Positions 13,195-28,925 of a stretch of DNA of 64,000 nucleotides are shown one piece after another. Each line of letters begins with the position of its first letter. The stretch's first letter is position 1. The notes beneath the pieces are model-generated. The model was not told the DNA's origin, ran no database searches, and saw nothing but the letters and a program-made list of their open reading frames with translations. The translations under genes were made by a program, and so were the position numbers. This DNA comes from Octopus vulgaris (Eukaryota), in assembly GCA_951406725.2 (NCBI GenBank), contig OX597817.1:69936001-70000000 (forward strand). The letters run 5' to 3'.

Positions 13195-14599
13195 TTATTA
13201 ATAAATTCTCGTTTCTTCCATCTTCCGTCTTTCATTTGCCACACGCACACACACACACGTACATGTGTGTGTATGTATGTATGTATGTATGTATACATAT
13301 ACAGATATATATGTGTGAGTGTGTGTGTGTATGTATACATGTATGTGTTTGAGTATATAAGTTTATGAATAGTTGTATAAATATATTTATCTACGTATGT
13401 ATTTATGATCGCATAATAAATGGCTACATATTGTATACGTATATGTAGGAAAATATGAGTAATAGTATCTGGAAGTGAAAGCGTCCATGTTCATGTGTAT
13501 GCGAGGATGTATATAAGATTTTGTTCAATATTTTTAAGCATCAATAGCTCATAATTGAAAATTCACCTCTTACTCCTTTGAAAATACGCGACTCAATGTT
13601 TCAAAACAAACCGTAGTCAAACAGTAGCCAGACTTGTAAATATGGGTGTGAAAGGTTAAATTTTTCGGAAGATTCCATTAGTACTATGTAAAAATTTTCC
13701 AAATTTAATCCCTCATAATTGTGTTTAGCAGTATTCTTGAATGTGTCCAATGAAGAACGTAAAACCTTTCATGAATTGCTAACACTATAGGAGACATATT
13801 TACCAGACGATAATTACCAAAGTTCATATAAACTATGATTTTTTACCCTGTAATTCCTTTCCATTATAGTCCTCTATACATTAGACTTCTTTTCATCTTC
13901 CTCTTCCTATCTTTATACTACTACTTCTTTTCCCTTCTCTCCGCAGCTCTTTATTCTGTTCACCCTCTTAAACTATTTATATAGGTGTTTCTCTATATAC
14001 AATAATAACAGATTATAAAACTGCCTTTACTTTCAAAGCATTATGCTCCATTCACAAGACGAATCAAAAATATATAAGAATCCTGGAAACAGCAAAATAC
14101 CTTACAATCTAATGAGGCAACTGAGCCGAAACTTAGATATCACTTTCAGTATATTCCTTACTACGATGTGTGTGTGTATGTATAGCAATATCAATGTATT
14201 AATCTATGTAAGAACGTGTTTAAGTAAAAGGTTTCAAATAAAATAAAATAAAATAAAAAATATAAAGTTATGGTTTGTCGAATAGGTATATATTATCTTG
14301 GGAGATAGTACATAGAACTTTTCTGTCTTAAAGACAGGCCTGTAATTTGAATAACCACGCAGACTAAAAAAATAAATAAGTTAAAAACATTGCGTGAATT
14401 TTTTTAATAAAGGATAAAATAAAATGCGTGACTTGTATAATAATAACGCTTCTATGAATTTACCACTAAATGGAAATATTGAGCTGGACAGACAAAAGGT
14501 TACTTAGATCATATTAAAATACAATAGGAAGCACTTCCTATTTGCTGATCAAATACATTCAATTTTTCTATCTGGTAAGCGTAAGCCGAAAAATTGAGT

Positions 14600-14985
14600 A
14601 TACTCCGTAGTGACGTTTGTACTTGTTCCCTTTCGTTTTAAATTGCGACTAACCACTTTAATAATTTACAGCTTTCACTTCACCATTTTACTGAATCATC
14701 CATTGATTCCTATGGTATTTTCTATAAACTGACAATATGAGTTAGTTTAACCCTAGGCAACGGAGTAGCGTCACTGATGGGGATTAATTTTATCCGAAAT
14801 TACCGATGCCGTAGGGAGGTTGTCTTCCTTGTCAACCAACAGTTAGTGCTTTGCCCGTGGCTAAGAGTTGTTTTGACTCTTTTTTTTCTAGCAATGTTGG
14901 TGTTGATTTGCACGCCTAGTTACTTTAGTGACCATTGTACTTGAGCTTTTTGGTTTTAAATTGCGACTAGCCACCTTAATAATAT
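14600..14985 (+). mobile_element. PLE pseudo-LTR-like fragment with a terminal direct repeat and a decayed HHR-like motif
   Basis: Direct repeat tagtgac..ttgtacttg...ttttaaattgcgacta.ccac.ttaataat at about 14608-14663 and 14926-14983. gcgtca-CTGATGG-ggat(7)atcc-GAAA at 14768-14799. Confidence 0.45.
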
Positions 14986-14997
14986 ATATATATATGT

Positions 14998-15548
14998 AAG
15001 CAGAGAGAGTGGTTGTAATAACCGTCTAAGGGATAATAGTATCTATTCTTACCGTCGGTATCATTTACCTATGCTATCCCTAGGCATGGGTGTGCAAGCA
15101 CACTATGGTCATAGGTTACAGGTAACAACGGAATAAACATAAGTTTATCAGCAAATAAATTTAAATAAGCAGAAAATGGAGAAAACGTTTGATCAACAAA
15201 CACATTGACCAATATCGGTTGAATATTTTTTAATACAAAACATGCAATAACATTTCTTACGGTCGTTTCCGCTACCAATGTTAGTCGGTGCTTACGAAGG
15301 AAATTCCGAAAATAGTATTCGTCATCTTCATAGTACATTCGATCTAGTACATGGAGCTTCATTACAGTGGATATAAATGCATAAAATAAAATAAACGAAG
15401 GGAAGAGGAAAGAACAGGTCCTCTTCCCGTCATTTATTATATTTTATGCATTTGCATTCACTCTGATGAAGCTCCATGTACCAGGTGGAATGTGCTATGA
15501 TGATGAATATTAATTGTTGATCAAATGTTTTCTCCATTTTCTGCTTAT
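14998..15548. mobile_element. Inverted-arm element (PLE-end-like), same family as 28222-28780
   Basis: 14998-15230 matches 28225-28455. Internal inversion near 15420, CTGATGA at 15463, and both ends abut (TA)n. Confidence 0.7.
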
Positions 15549-15606
15549 ATATATATATATATATATATAATTTTCTCCATTTTCTGCTTATATATATATA
15601 TATATA

Positions 15607-15820
15607 AAGTTAATCCAAACAAGAAAACACAAAAAAACACAACAACGCGAGGACGTGGAACAAATATAGTATTATTGGACGCTCATGAAAGAAGGGAAGA
15701 AGGAGGGTTTAACGTTTCGAGCGGAGCTCTTCGTCGGAAATATAGTAGAAGGAAAGATCCAGAGAAGGGAAGACAGAGGGAAAAAAATCACCAACGGTTC
15801 ACACGAGGTCACATTTTGAA
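15607..15820 (-). mobile_element. About 215-bp non-coding HHR-bearing element (copy 1)
   Basis: Reverse complement is closely similar to 35345-35561. HHR at 15707-15741 with a CCGACGA core. Confidence 0.85.
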
Positions 15821-15840
15821 AAAATATACATATTTGAAAA

Positions 15841-16032
<192 letters not shown>

Positions 16033-17226
16033 CACAGACAAACACATGTATAGGGATTTGAGGTACTGTTATTGTAAATTTACTGTTGTTGTCTATTAAG
16101 AATTATCACGTAGGTAAAAGACCTATAATAAATACGGAAAAGAAATACAGGATGACGAACACAACGCAATTAACTGCCAACTACAAAGCAAGTTGGCATG
16201 AAAACCAAACATTTTGAAAGAAAAACGTTTGCACTTTCCAAATTCAATAATCAGCATATGTCTAAATCTTACAGCTTTGAGTGCTAAATAATAGGGGGTT
16301 TATTATATAGAAATTTCTCTGCATAGAATTTATCAAACACACTTTAAAGTTAGACTATTTTCAATTTAAAGTAAAAGCAATTTTTATTAAAACGCATTCA
16401 GAAAGCAATTTTCAATTCTCTTAAAGGAGTGTTTGATCAGTATATGCACGCTTTTCAGTGAATTCAAGAATTTCTCAATGTCACTTTGTGTCGCAGATTT
16501 TTTGTCATGTAGGCATCATTACTGTTTTAAGCATATGCTTTTACATAATTTATTGCATCCAGAGACTTGAATTCCACTAAAAAATAAGAAGGAATTTTAT
16601 CTATGTGCGACTAATATGTCGAGCAAGATGCAGTTTCAATTGTATTGTTTGTGTACATCATATTCGTCGGGCAAATTGCTGTATCTCAATTGTGGATATT
16701 AATCATACTGTTGATAATGTCCTGGTCTCGAAAACTTTCGATTAATTAAATATCATTGTCAACTGCAGCCAAGTCATCTATAGCTTTATCTTTAAAAATA
16801 TGTTAATAAAAGTATTGCATGCATTATTTCTTTTGTTCTGTACCTAACATTAAAACCATAAAAATCCTCTTCATCTTCTGCACCAGAAATTAAAACGTCA
16901 AGCATGAATATAGATCAAATTTAAAGTCAATCTCACAAAATGAAAGAGTGACGAGTTTTTCAAAAGTCTATATAACAGCAGATGTCAAGAGCGAATCTTC
17001 ATTTCTTAACTGAGGCTGAATGTGAAGAAGAGAATCATTGCTGTTGATTAATAATTTTGTAAAATGCTTCTATATTCACGTGCGAAATTCTAGAAAGCTA
17101 TTGGCTTTATTGGTTGTATGTGAGTAATTAGTTGGGCTGTAAATGACAAGAAAAAATATTGCTACAATCTGAAGTTAAACAATCTGAAGTTAAACATAAC
17201 TCTACAGTTATCAAGGAATGACATCG

Positions 17227-17529
17227 GTGGAGGCACATGGCCTAGTGGTTAGAGCAGCGGACTCGCGGTCGAGTGATCGCGGGTTCGAATCTCAGACCAG
17301 GCGATGTATGTGTTTATGAGCGAAACACATATGCTCCACGCGGCTCCGGCAGAAGGTAATGGCGAACTTCTGTTGAATCTTTCGCCACAACTTTCTCTCA
17401 CTCTTTCCTCCTGCAACTTGCAGCTCACCTGCGACAGACCGGCGTCCCGTCCAGGTGGGGAATCTATACGCCAAGGAAACCGGGAAGCCGGCCCTATGAG
17501 CCAGGCGTGGATCGAGAAGGAACAAACAA
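17227..17529 (+). mobile_element. Full-length tRNA-derived SINE (family 3a) with a 15-bp target site duplication
   Basis: A box TGGCCTAGTGG, B box GGTTCGAATC, short (AAC) tail. TSD caaggaatgacatcg at 17212-17226 and 17530-17544. Confidence 0.92.
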
Positions 17530-18539
17530 CAAGGAATGACATCGCCTAATGGCTTGTCTATATCAAGTAAGTTTGTTCGAACTTCAGGCACAAATACTTA
17601 AGTTATATCTTCGCTAGTTGTTAATGAATTCTTTGGAGCCTTGCAAGGATGAAGTAAAGGCGTTATTCCTTTTAAGGTTTTAAAACGATGGAGCTTATCA
17701 TTTCATTAAAAGTTTTATCCTAGATTATCAAGGAGCATTTTGCACCTCTAACAACTATCAATCTATATTGTAATTCTGCTTGCTCGTTCACACATTACAC
17801 TTTAATTTGTTAGGGGAAGGGGAGGTAGAGTGAGAGTTGCAGAGATAAACTGAAATAGAAAGGGAGAAGGAGTATGAGAGTGAGATAACTGAGGGCCACT
17901 TCCACTAAACATGTGAGAGCGTGGTTAGTGGAAATGAGAGATAAAGAGTGAGAGAGAAATGTTTACGACGTGAAGAGGGTAATGACATGGCTAAAAGTTT
18001 GACATAGAGAGAAAAAAAGAGAGAGAAATATGAAGTGTTTAACAGAGGGAAGATTTAAAATCTTATAGTTTATTATTGTGACTAGAAATGAAATCATTTA
18101 GCAAAATAGCCGTCGGTGGTATCTTTGTAAAATTTGTAATGGAATTGAAACTAATCATGTAAATAAAAACATTGTGTATTTCCTCTATATCTTTTGTGTA
18201 CATTAATTGTAAATAAAAGAATGTAATTATGATAAAATATTGCGTAATAAAGAATATGCAATTATATATCGATCTTCAAATTTCAATAGAATTAAATACT
18301 AATTAATGATGTATGTACTAAATATTGTATAGATTATTATTGTATATTTTTGTATTATTTAATGCCCAAGCAGCAATAAGGTTTATATGCAATAAAAATG
18401 CAAATCAACCCGCTAGTAGTTCTTTATCTCATGTTGAGAACTGTTTTCGGGGTTTTTCCCTTCTTCGGCATAGAATAACTGCTCAGCTAAGGTGGAGCTG
18501 CTAAATTCCCATTCTAAAATATATGTAATTTTTAAAGTG

Positions 18540-19550
18540 ACACACACTTACTGATCTAATGAATAGAAATATTATTTCTAAATCTCTCAACGAGAGAATC
18601 CAATGGCAGTACTTTAAAGTAAAGACTATTTGCCAGCATAACGTGGCGGTCCCAGTTGGGACGAATGCTACTGTTGTTTAACCCCAGTATTACTGGTGAA
18701 GGCCGGTTTATAGGGTTACCCTGGGTTTCAGGCCACAAAAGATACCGTTATAGCGAATCTTCAGATCTTAAGACCTGTTGACCTATGACCTCTTTAAAAT
18801 ATGGAATGGAGAAACGATACGGATGTAATCAAGGGGATAAACTCCTTTGCTGCTGGCTATCGGCTTCCGGTCGTGTCACCATCTTTCAGCTATGAAGTAA
18901 ACAATAAAGGGTTATCTCTCTATCCCATCAGCAATCAACTTCCGGCTGTGGTGTTATTTTCGCTATTATGTGGTTCCCAAAACGCCAGCAGAAATCTCCT
19001 AAAATGCAAACACGGCCAGAAAATTTCCGTTCTCGAGTTCGGTCTGGGGGTACATGTTGAACATGTTCTTGACCCTCAAAGAGATAAACTGTTTTTACTT
19101 CAAATTTTTATAAATTTATACTGGTATTTGATAAGATGAGATTCATCAAAACCGGTAATATTTTCTTTAAATAATTTTTTATAATCACTTTTATTAAATT
19201 CCCTGTTATATTGAAATGTCTCGGTCTTACTTCGGTGCTATTTTCAGTTCCATGTTTTTTTATATATATAGGTAGGTCATATTTTCCGTTTGTTGTCTTT
19301 TTATTTAATCCTGAAAATATCATTTATGTAATGCACACACTCCTTAATTTTCGATCCATTTGTAGAAATATTCTTAGAATATTTTTTGTGCTACTGTTTC
19401 GTAAATTATTTTTTAAGCTTCCAAGGTAAATAACCCATTCCCTCCTTTGTAAATTATTTGGTAAAAATGAAATTGAGTATACATATTTCTTAGTATTGGA
19501 ACTATTTGACTTACTTTCACAATTTATCCAGTACAAGGCTTAAACAAGTT
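18540..19550 (-). pseudogene. Probable L1/Tx1-type LINE ORF2 C-terminal relic (zf-RVT-like)
   Basis: Minus frame: ...LIKYQYKFIKI...CSTCTPRPNSRTEIFWPC...FW resembles LxxFQYKxx...CxxC-x8-HIFWxC; interrupted by stops. Confidence 0.45.
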
Positions 19551-20671
19551 AATAGTATTTTCCTAAACAATAGATCCACTTATTTCGGTTAGTGACTTAT
19601 TAGTGATACATAGGCATATATATATATATATATATATCCACACACACACATATGCACACATACACATCTTTTGTTAATATTATTACCCTTATTGTGTAAT
19701 ATCTCTAGTGCATCGGCTGTGCATAGATTGCATTCACCTCCTCCTCCCATATGTATGGGAGTGCAGACGTCACCACAGTCAAAGAAATCAAATATGGGGT
19801 CCTCTGCTAGTGATGTGGACTTAGGCTTACTGTAGTTCTTAAAAGAACGGACATGATTATAAAATCTCTGTTTAAAATTTTGAAGCAGTGGAAGGTATTA
19901 CTGACAGTAGTAACAGTGAAATGAAGTTCTGATATGGTGCCCACATAAATACTATAGGACCTTTGCAAAACTTACATAGTTTAGTTTCCCTCCCCTCCAT
20001 CCCTTAGTTATTTTCCCCTCCACACATAGATACTCTCCCCCAGCATACTGACCCCCACCCCAACCCCAGTGTATTGTATACTATGGAGCTTTCTTGATGA
20101 GTGACCCTATACCATTCCACAGTCATCTGCCCACAGCTCCATAACAGGTTTAATGTTCTACCTACTTACCCCTACAAACCATCCCTCTATTCACTTCTTA
20201 CTCCACTACTATTATGTCCTCTATTTTGGGATGTATGTTCATCCGATTGTCAGTTTATGATTGTTACAGCTCTTATATATGAAATACTAGCATCCAGTTA
20301 CATCACTGACATTATACTACAATTTTTGCTAACCCTAATTAGCTTATATCTGCTAATTTTTCACACTCATGTTTTAAACATTTAAACAGATTTTTGGTTT
20401 CACCAACCTTCTATGTTCAGCTCCTTCCAATTTTCCAACTATAATTTTATAATATTCAGGATTTATAATTTTTTCTATAAATTATAATCTACCATCACTT
20501 TTCATATTTCTCTTTTGTCTAAACAATGATTGCCTTCCTACCATTCATTTCTGGTTTATTTCACCTCTTGATCTATATATATTTGTAATTTATAATTTTT
20601 CATATTTCACTTGGTTCTTCGTAATTTTCAAAGTAATTTTTTATTTTCATTTTTATTTTCATTTTTATATA

Positions 20672-21900
20672 CAGGGTGCATAAGATATTTGAGGACAGAT
20701 TTATGTTTATAAAAAAACATATATAATAACAGATAATAACTTTATTTATCAAAAAATGTTATGAGGATAAAAAGAAACTTTCTTTTCTATAATGTTATTC
20801 AATAAAGCCACCTTCAGCTTCAACAGCTGCTTCTATGTGAGATCTAAATCATCTACATGCTTGAATCAAGTGGTCCTAGTTCATTTTGGACATTACTCTG
20901 ACTATGGCAGCTTTCAAAGAATCTTTAGTGTTATTGGTGTGTTCATTGACCTCTCTCAAAAATGCTCCACATATAATAGTCCAATGGATTAAGGTCTGAA
21001 GAATTAGGAGGCCAAATGTTAGGGGTTATGTGATCATGAAAATTTTCAGCCATCCAGGTTACTTGGTCATGTGTGATAGTTACTGAAACACATATGACTT
21101 TCCAATGGTCTATCCAGGGCTTAACAACTATTTCCAGGACCCCAATGTAGGTGGTAGAGCATCTAAGGCCTTATGGAAAGAAGTAAGGAGGCATTGCATG
21201 TCCTACATGGCTGAAACCCCTAAAACCATGACAGTTGCAGGAAATTTGGTATGCATATCAACTTAGAACTTTACAAAGGCCTACATGTAACCATCTGTTA
21301 TTTCTTTTGTTAACTTTTTGATATTGGTCGAAGTTATTTCTCGTTGGAGAAAAACCAAATCAAATTTTCTTTTGCTGGATTTTCTTCAGTTTGTTTAAGA
21401 GCCTTTTAGATCTGAAGTAGTAATTTATTTTTTGCTTTTTCTGACAAATTGACCTTTCCTCGTCATATTAGGCTTATATCTGATGTCTTCGTGGACAACA
21501 TTTCTGACTGTTCCTTCTGACATAAGGAGATCTTTTGCAATTGACTTCATGGACTTTCTGGCATTATAATCAATGGTCTGTTGAACTTGCTGGATAAATT
21601 CAGGTGTTCTGATGATTTCAGAGCATTTAGAATGCTTTTTATGCTTTGATACTGGTGGTACATTTCCATCTTCAGTCTCTAGCTCCTTACAAACTTTGTA
21701 GATGAAAAATCTAGCAACTTTTAAAAATTGAGTTATTTCTAAATCACTATGCTCAGCCTTTATAACCACAATAACAACATGTCTCCTCATTTCTTGAGTA
21801 AGCTGAGGGTCTGCCTTTATTATTTTCTGAAACAAAGATTATACAGAGCAAAAAATGCAGCAATGACCCAAAAAGGTACTGGTTTCAAAGACCTTACGCA
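20672..21900 (-). mobile_element. Decayed Tc1/mariner-superfamily transposon (maT/DD37D-like); transposase about 20795-21790
   Basis: TA+CAGGGTG terminus at 20670. HTH region in ORF 21425-21835; WFFSNENNF, KFPATVMVLG, WPPNSSDLNPLDYYMW, and ...EAEGGFIE*. Confidence 0.85.
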
Positions 21901-22007
21901 GTAATGAATCGTCCAACCCAGGCTACCATGGATAAGCGGACGCATATGTATGATGATGATGATACATATATATATATATATATATATATACGTATATATA
22001 TATATAA

Positions 22008-22350
22008 TCATCATCATCATCATCATCATCGTTTACTGTCCGCTTTCCATGCTAGCATGGGTTGGACGGTTCGACTGGGGTCTGGGTAATAGATCTGGCA
22101 GTGTTTCTAATGGATGCCCTAATAATCCGAGAGTGTAATATATATATATAAGGCTGGCGAACGGCCACGCCGGGATGGTGTTAATAATATATAATAATAA
22201 TAATAGACGAGGCTGGCAGACGGCCACGCCGGATGGTGTAATAATAATATATATAATACTAATAAGACGAGCTGGCAGACGGCACACGCTCGGATGGTGT
22301 TTTTATGTGCACATACGACACAGGTGCACAGACGAGGGCTAATAGACGGC
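22008..22350 (-). mobile_element. Garbled SINE/RTE-tail-type element with (CAT)n end and about 60-bp internal tandem units
   Basis: catcatcgtttactgtccgctttccatgctagcatgggttggacgg...ggatgccct, and four gacgaggctggcagacggccacgccggatggtg-like units. Confidence 0.55.
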
Positions 22351-22423
22351 ATAATAATAATATATATATAATAATAATATAATATAATAATAATATCTTA
22401 CATATTAATAACTGAATACATAT

Positions 22424-23035
<612 letters not shown>

Positions 23036-23051
23036 ACATAATAATAATAGC

Positions 23052-23300
23052 CTGATAAGAGGCTCTTCAATATCCTCCCAAGAGACTGCATGGGAGATGT
23101 CTTTAAGATGAAGCTGAGATTTTCCTGTCAGGTGTCCCAGATGAACCAACTTCACGAGAGAGCAGATGAGAGAGTAATGCATAATGCACATAATACAGCT
23201 GGGCAGTATATCCATGAATATATGCAATAATATATAATGGCGGTGCCCCAGCATGGCCACAGCTCATGGGCTGGAACTGGAATCAATCAATCAATCAATC
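23052..23300 (+). mobile_element. CR1-like LINE 3' end (degraded), tail-to-tail with 24373-25210
   Basis: ctcttcaatatcctccc, ttcctgtcaggtgtcccagatgaaccaacttcacg, atggcggtgcccc and the (AATC)n tail match the reverse complement of 24373-24660. Confidence 0.8.
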
Positions 23301-25210
<1,910 letters not shown>

Positions 25211-25310
25211 NNNNNNNNNNNNNNNNNNNNNNNNNNNNNNNNNNNNNNNNNNNNNNNNNNNNNNNNNNNNNNNNNNNNNNNNNNNNNNNNNNNNNNNNNN
25301 NNNNNNNNNN
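25211..25310. other. Assembly gap (100 N)
   Basis: Run of n. Confidence 1.
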
Positions 25311-25789
25311 GAAGAAGACTCACAAACGATGAAGAGAAAAGTTAAAGATAAATTTTAGAAATTAAATTTGAAAGAGATAAAAGTGGATAGACATATAAAT
25401 GGTAACAGTACAAAAGAAAAAGAACTGATCGGCACGTAAATAACAACAACAACAACAATAGTAATAATTTTAACAACAACAATAATAATAATAGAAGATG
25501 TTGATGATGATGATGATGATATATAAAATACAGTTGACAAAACTGATTCAGGTTCTTTTCCTAGTTATGTGAAAAGAAGATATGACTGTACCTACAGTAA
25601 TACATCTTTGATACAAAGTGCCTTTAGACAACACTTATCTTACAGAAATACTTTGATAGAATACGCGATTTAGGAAGTAGAACTCTAAATATTCAAAGAA
25701 TATTTAAATCACTTCAAAGAGCTTTCAAAATCTTCCGAAAAATATCAAATAAATTCTACTTATGAATGGGCAATATATTGAATTTATGG

Positions 25790-26015
25790 GTAGAATAAAA
25801 TTTCGTAGCATATAGTTATTTCCATGACATTTTGGAACCAGTTCGTTTCTAGAATTTAATATGCTAAATGGAGATGGTAATATGGAAATTTTTTCAGATA
25901 TACACAAGTGACTACGCAACGAAGGACACACGAAATATGCTTTCAGAAATTCAATCACTGACCTTGGAAAGTTTAAATTCGTAGTGCCTTTATTTTATAG
26001 CCTTCATACCAACCA
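25790..26015 (-). pseudogene. PLE GIY-YIG C-terminal fragment
   Basis: HLCISEKISIL...ILNSRNELVPKCHGNNYML resembles CxLCLxEKxxI...LNxRxELxSKCRHxNKFLL. Confidence 0.65.
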
Positions 26016-26439
26016 TGGAATTGCATCAAAGAAGTAAGCATTTACTGTTAACCCTACACGAACATCCTAACCCTAAAATCCTTTTAACACTGAATGAGAC
26101 CCTTAAGTTGTGTCTGTTAAACAATCGTCCGTATCTATCGTATTGCAAGAAATGCTTCTCCACTAATCTAAAGATCGTTCCTACGCAGAATCTCATGTCG
26201 AGTGAGAAGGGCAGAGCAAAGCAAATGGTCTTACGGTGGTGCTATCTCGGCATAAAGGAGTTGCGATTATTAAACCCGTTGGCTGCTAAGCCTGGTTGTA
26301 ATAGGGAACCGCAGAGTCGAAAATCTCTTTATTCGAGGACACATCCAAAATCCTCTCATTGACACCCTTTACCAGTACCTTAAACAGAACACACACACAC
26401 ACGCACACATACACAGGCACAAACCACACACACATGCAC

Positions 26440-26750
26440 ATATTTATTTACGTAACCACTTGATACCATTAAGATTACGGCTGTTTTGCTGTCTTCACCA
26501 GGATGAAGGCTGCGAAACAGCCGTAACCTTATGGATATCAAGTGGTTAAATAAATATATTCACCTCTCATACCACTAGACTTTTTATGGTCTCTATACTC
26601 CTTATGAAATATATTCATGGATTGGATCTCCTGGATTTCAGATGCACAGTACTCTATCAGATTGGACTATCGTGTGGTATGATAGCCGAATCCACTAGAG
26701 GTAGCCTTTCTGTGATTGCCACAGGATACCATGAATCCATATATTGCACT
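26440..26750. mobile_element. Fold-back element (palindrome 26440-26556) centred on a truncated HHR motif
   Basis: aaccacttgata..ttacggctgttttgc / gcgaaacagccgtaa..tatcaagtggtt. The right arm reads GAUGAAG..GAAAC-AGCC-GUA. Confidence 0.6.
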
Positions 26751-26864
26751 ACATATATACATACATACGTACATACATACATACATACATACATATACAT
26801 ACATACATAATGTTCATGTATGTGTACATATATATGGATGTATGTATATATATATATGTATATA

Positions 26865-26928
<64 letters not shown>

Positions 26929-26944
26929 TATGTAACATGTAACT

Positions 26945-27460
26945 CAGTACAACCTGTTGCATGGTCGGGTCGTCGGCGACTAAACCGGCAACCCCACCAA
27001 GCTGGCTTCGTGACGAGGGTGCTTATTGGACACCCTGCGGGATGAAAAACAAAACCCGTCAAACAGCGGAGGAACTCTTGGGAGTCAACGACCATCCAAT
27101 AAATGTCTTAAGGCTGTGTCATGCGCAGGGACAGAAATAATCGGACTGAATACCCGATCGCGCGGTTAAACCATTGGGAGTGAAGGACTCCTAGCCTTTG
27201 TTAGAACATCCTTCTAGGAGATGGTAACTCAGGTAACTGGGATAACTCCGACATAAAACCTGCGGCTCAGTGGTTACCGATGATGTTGACTTGTTCTTCT
27301 TTTCGGATTATGGCTGCTGTTGCTTAGTGAGTGGGATTGACTCAGTGCACAGCCTTTCCTCACTTTAAAAAAATCTTCTTGCACAGGCATTGCACGATAA
27401 CAACATTGATTAAGCTTCGTGCAATGGCCATACTCGATAACGAGGGGGCAGCCACCACCA
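26945..27460 (+). mobile_element. GC-richer non-coding segment resembling an RTE-type LINE 5' UTR
   Basis: 'gcacagcctttcctcactttaaaaaaatcttcttgcacaggc' recalls RTE 5' leaders; flanked by TA repeats. Based on recall only. Confidence 0.3.
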
Positions 27461-27482
27461 TGTATATATACATAATATACCA

Positions 27483-27867
27483 ATTTAATTAGAGATGTAT
27501 TATTACCGATATTAATGATATTAATAAGGTGGCTAGCAAGTTCACACCTTTACAGACACAATATAAGCTGAATTTAGATTCAGTGGGGTATTTAATACCA
27601 TTTGCTAAATTCAGAGCGAACGCTCCAAAACCACCAGATACTCGCAATAAAGATACACACGAGCAATGCAATGAGCATATGAGAAATAGGCTTACCTTTG
27701 CGTTGAATACATCAGTAAGTAATCTATATTTCAATATCAATTGATTTCACCCTCAGTATGACCAACATACTCTGGGATATTCATTGTACCTTTATTGTGA
27801 GTTTCAGGTAGTTTTGGAGCATTGGCTCTGAATTTAGCAAGTGGTATTAAATACCCTACTGAATCTA
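27483..27867. mobile_element. Inverted-arm element (arms about 27578-27657 and 27786-27866) with a decayed minus-strand HHR in the spacer
   Basis: Arms pair with scattered mismatches. Minus strand of the spacer has a hairpin followed by GAAA-UCAAUUGA-UA (27735-27776). Confidence 0.65.
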
Positions 27868-28104
27868 CACACACACAGACACACACACAGACACACACAC
27901 ACACACACATATATATATGTATATATATATACATACATACAGGTGTGTGAGTGTGTATGTATGTATGTATGTATGTATGTATGTATGCATGTGTATATAT
28001 GTATGTATGTATCTGTGTGTTACTATGCATGTTTACGTACATGAAATAAATTGTTTGAGTGTCTCTTTATCTTTGTATTCATGTTTTCCCCCTCACTCAC
28101 TCTT

Positions 28105-28218
<114 letters not shown>

Positions 28219-28221
28219 TGT

Positions 28222-28780
28222 TTTAAGCAGAGTTAGCGGTTGGAATAACCGTCTAAGGGATAATAGTATCCGTTCTTATTATAAATTTCATTTATCTATG
28301 CTATCCCTGGGTATAAGTATGGAAGCACACTATACTCATAGAGTACAGTTAATAATAGAATAAACAAAAATTTATCCGGAATCAAATTTCAATAAGTAGA
28401 AAATGGTGAAAATTCTTGATCAACAAACAAACAAATTGACCAACATCGGTTGATTATGTTATAAGCTCCATGCTGCAAGAGAGTATGATTCTAATATATT
28501 GAGCTTTATGGCCCTGTTCTTTCCTCTTCCCTTAGTTTATTTTATTTTATTTTATGCATTTGTATTCAATCTGATGAAGTTCCATGTATTAGATTGAATG
28601 CGCTATGAAGAGGGCGAACATTATTTTCGGAAATTGCTTTCGTAAGCACCGACTGACATTGATAGCGGAAACGGCCGTAAGAAATGTTATCTCATATTTT
28701 GTACTAAAAAATAACCAACCGATGTTGATCAATTTGTTTGATGATCAAAAGTTTTGTCTATTTTCTGCTTATTTAAATAT
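28222..28780. mobile_element. Inverted-arm PLE-end-like element, same family as 14998-15548
   Basis: CTGATGA at 28571 and GAAAC-GGCC-GTA at 28668-28679. Arms 28385-28455 and 28710-28778; flanked by (TG)n and (TA)n. Confidence 0.7.
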
Positions 28781-28854
28781 ATATATATAAGCACACACGC
28801 ATGAAAACACACGCACATGTACATTCACGAAACACACGCGTTCACACACACACA

Positions 28855-28925
<71 letters not shown>

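Noticed and set aside
17230-17300. Functional tRNA genes here, at 49625-49695 or at 63159-63231
   Set aside because: Imperfect stems, continuation into SINE bodies, and a TSD at the first site show they are SINE heads or pseudogenes.
22151-22350. CRISPR-like repeat-spacer array
   Set aside because: Repeats are not identical, spacers are low-complexity, there are no cas genes, and the context is eukaryotic. Better explained as garbled internal tandem units of a retroelement.
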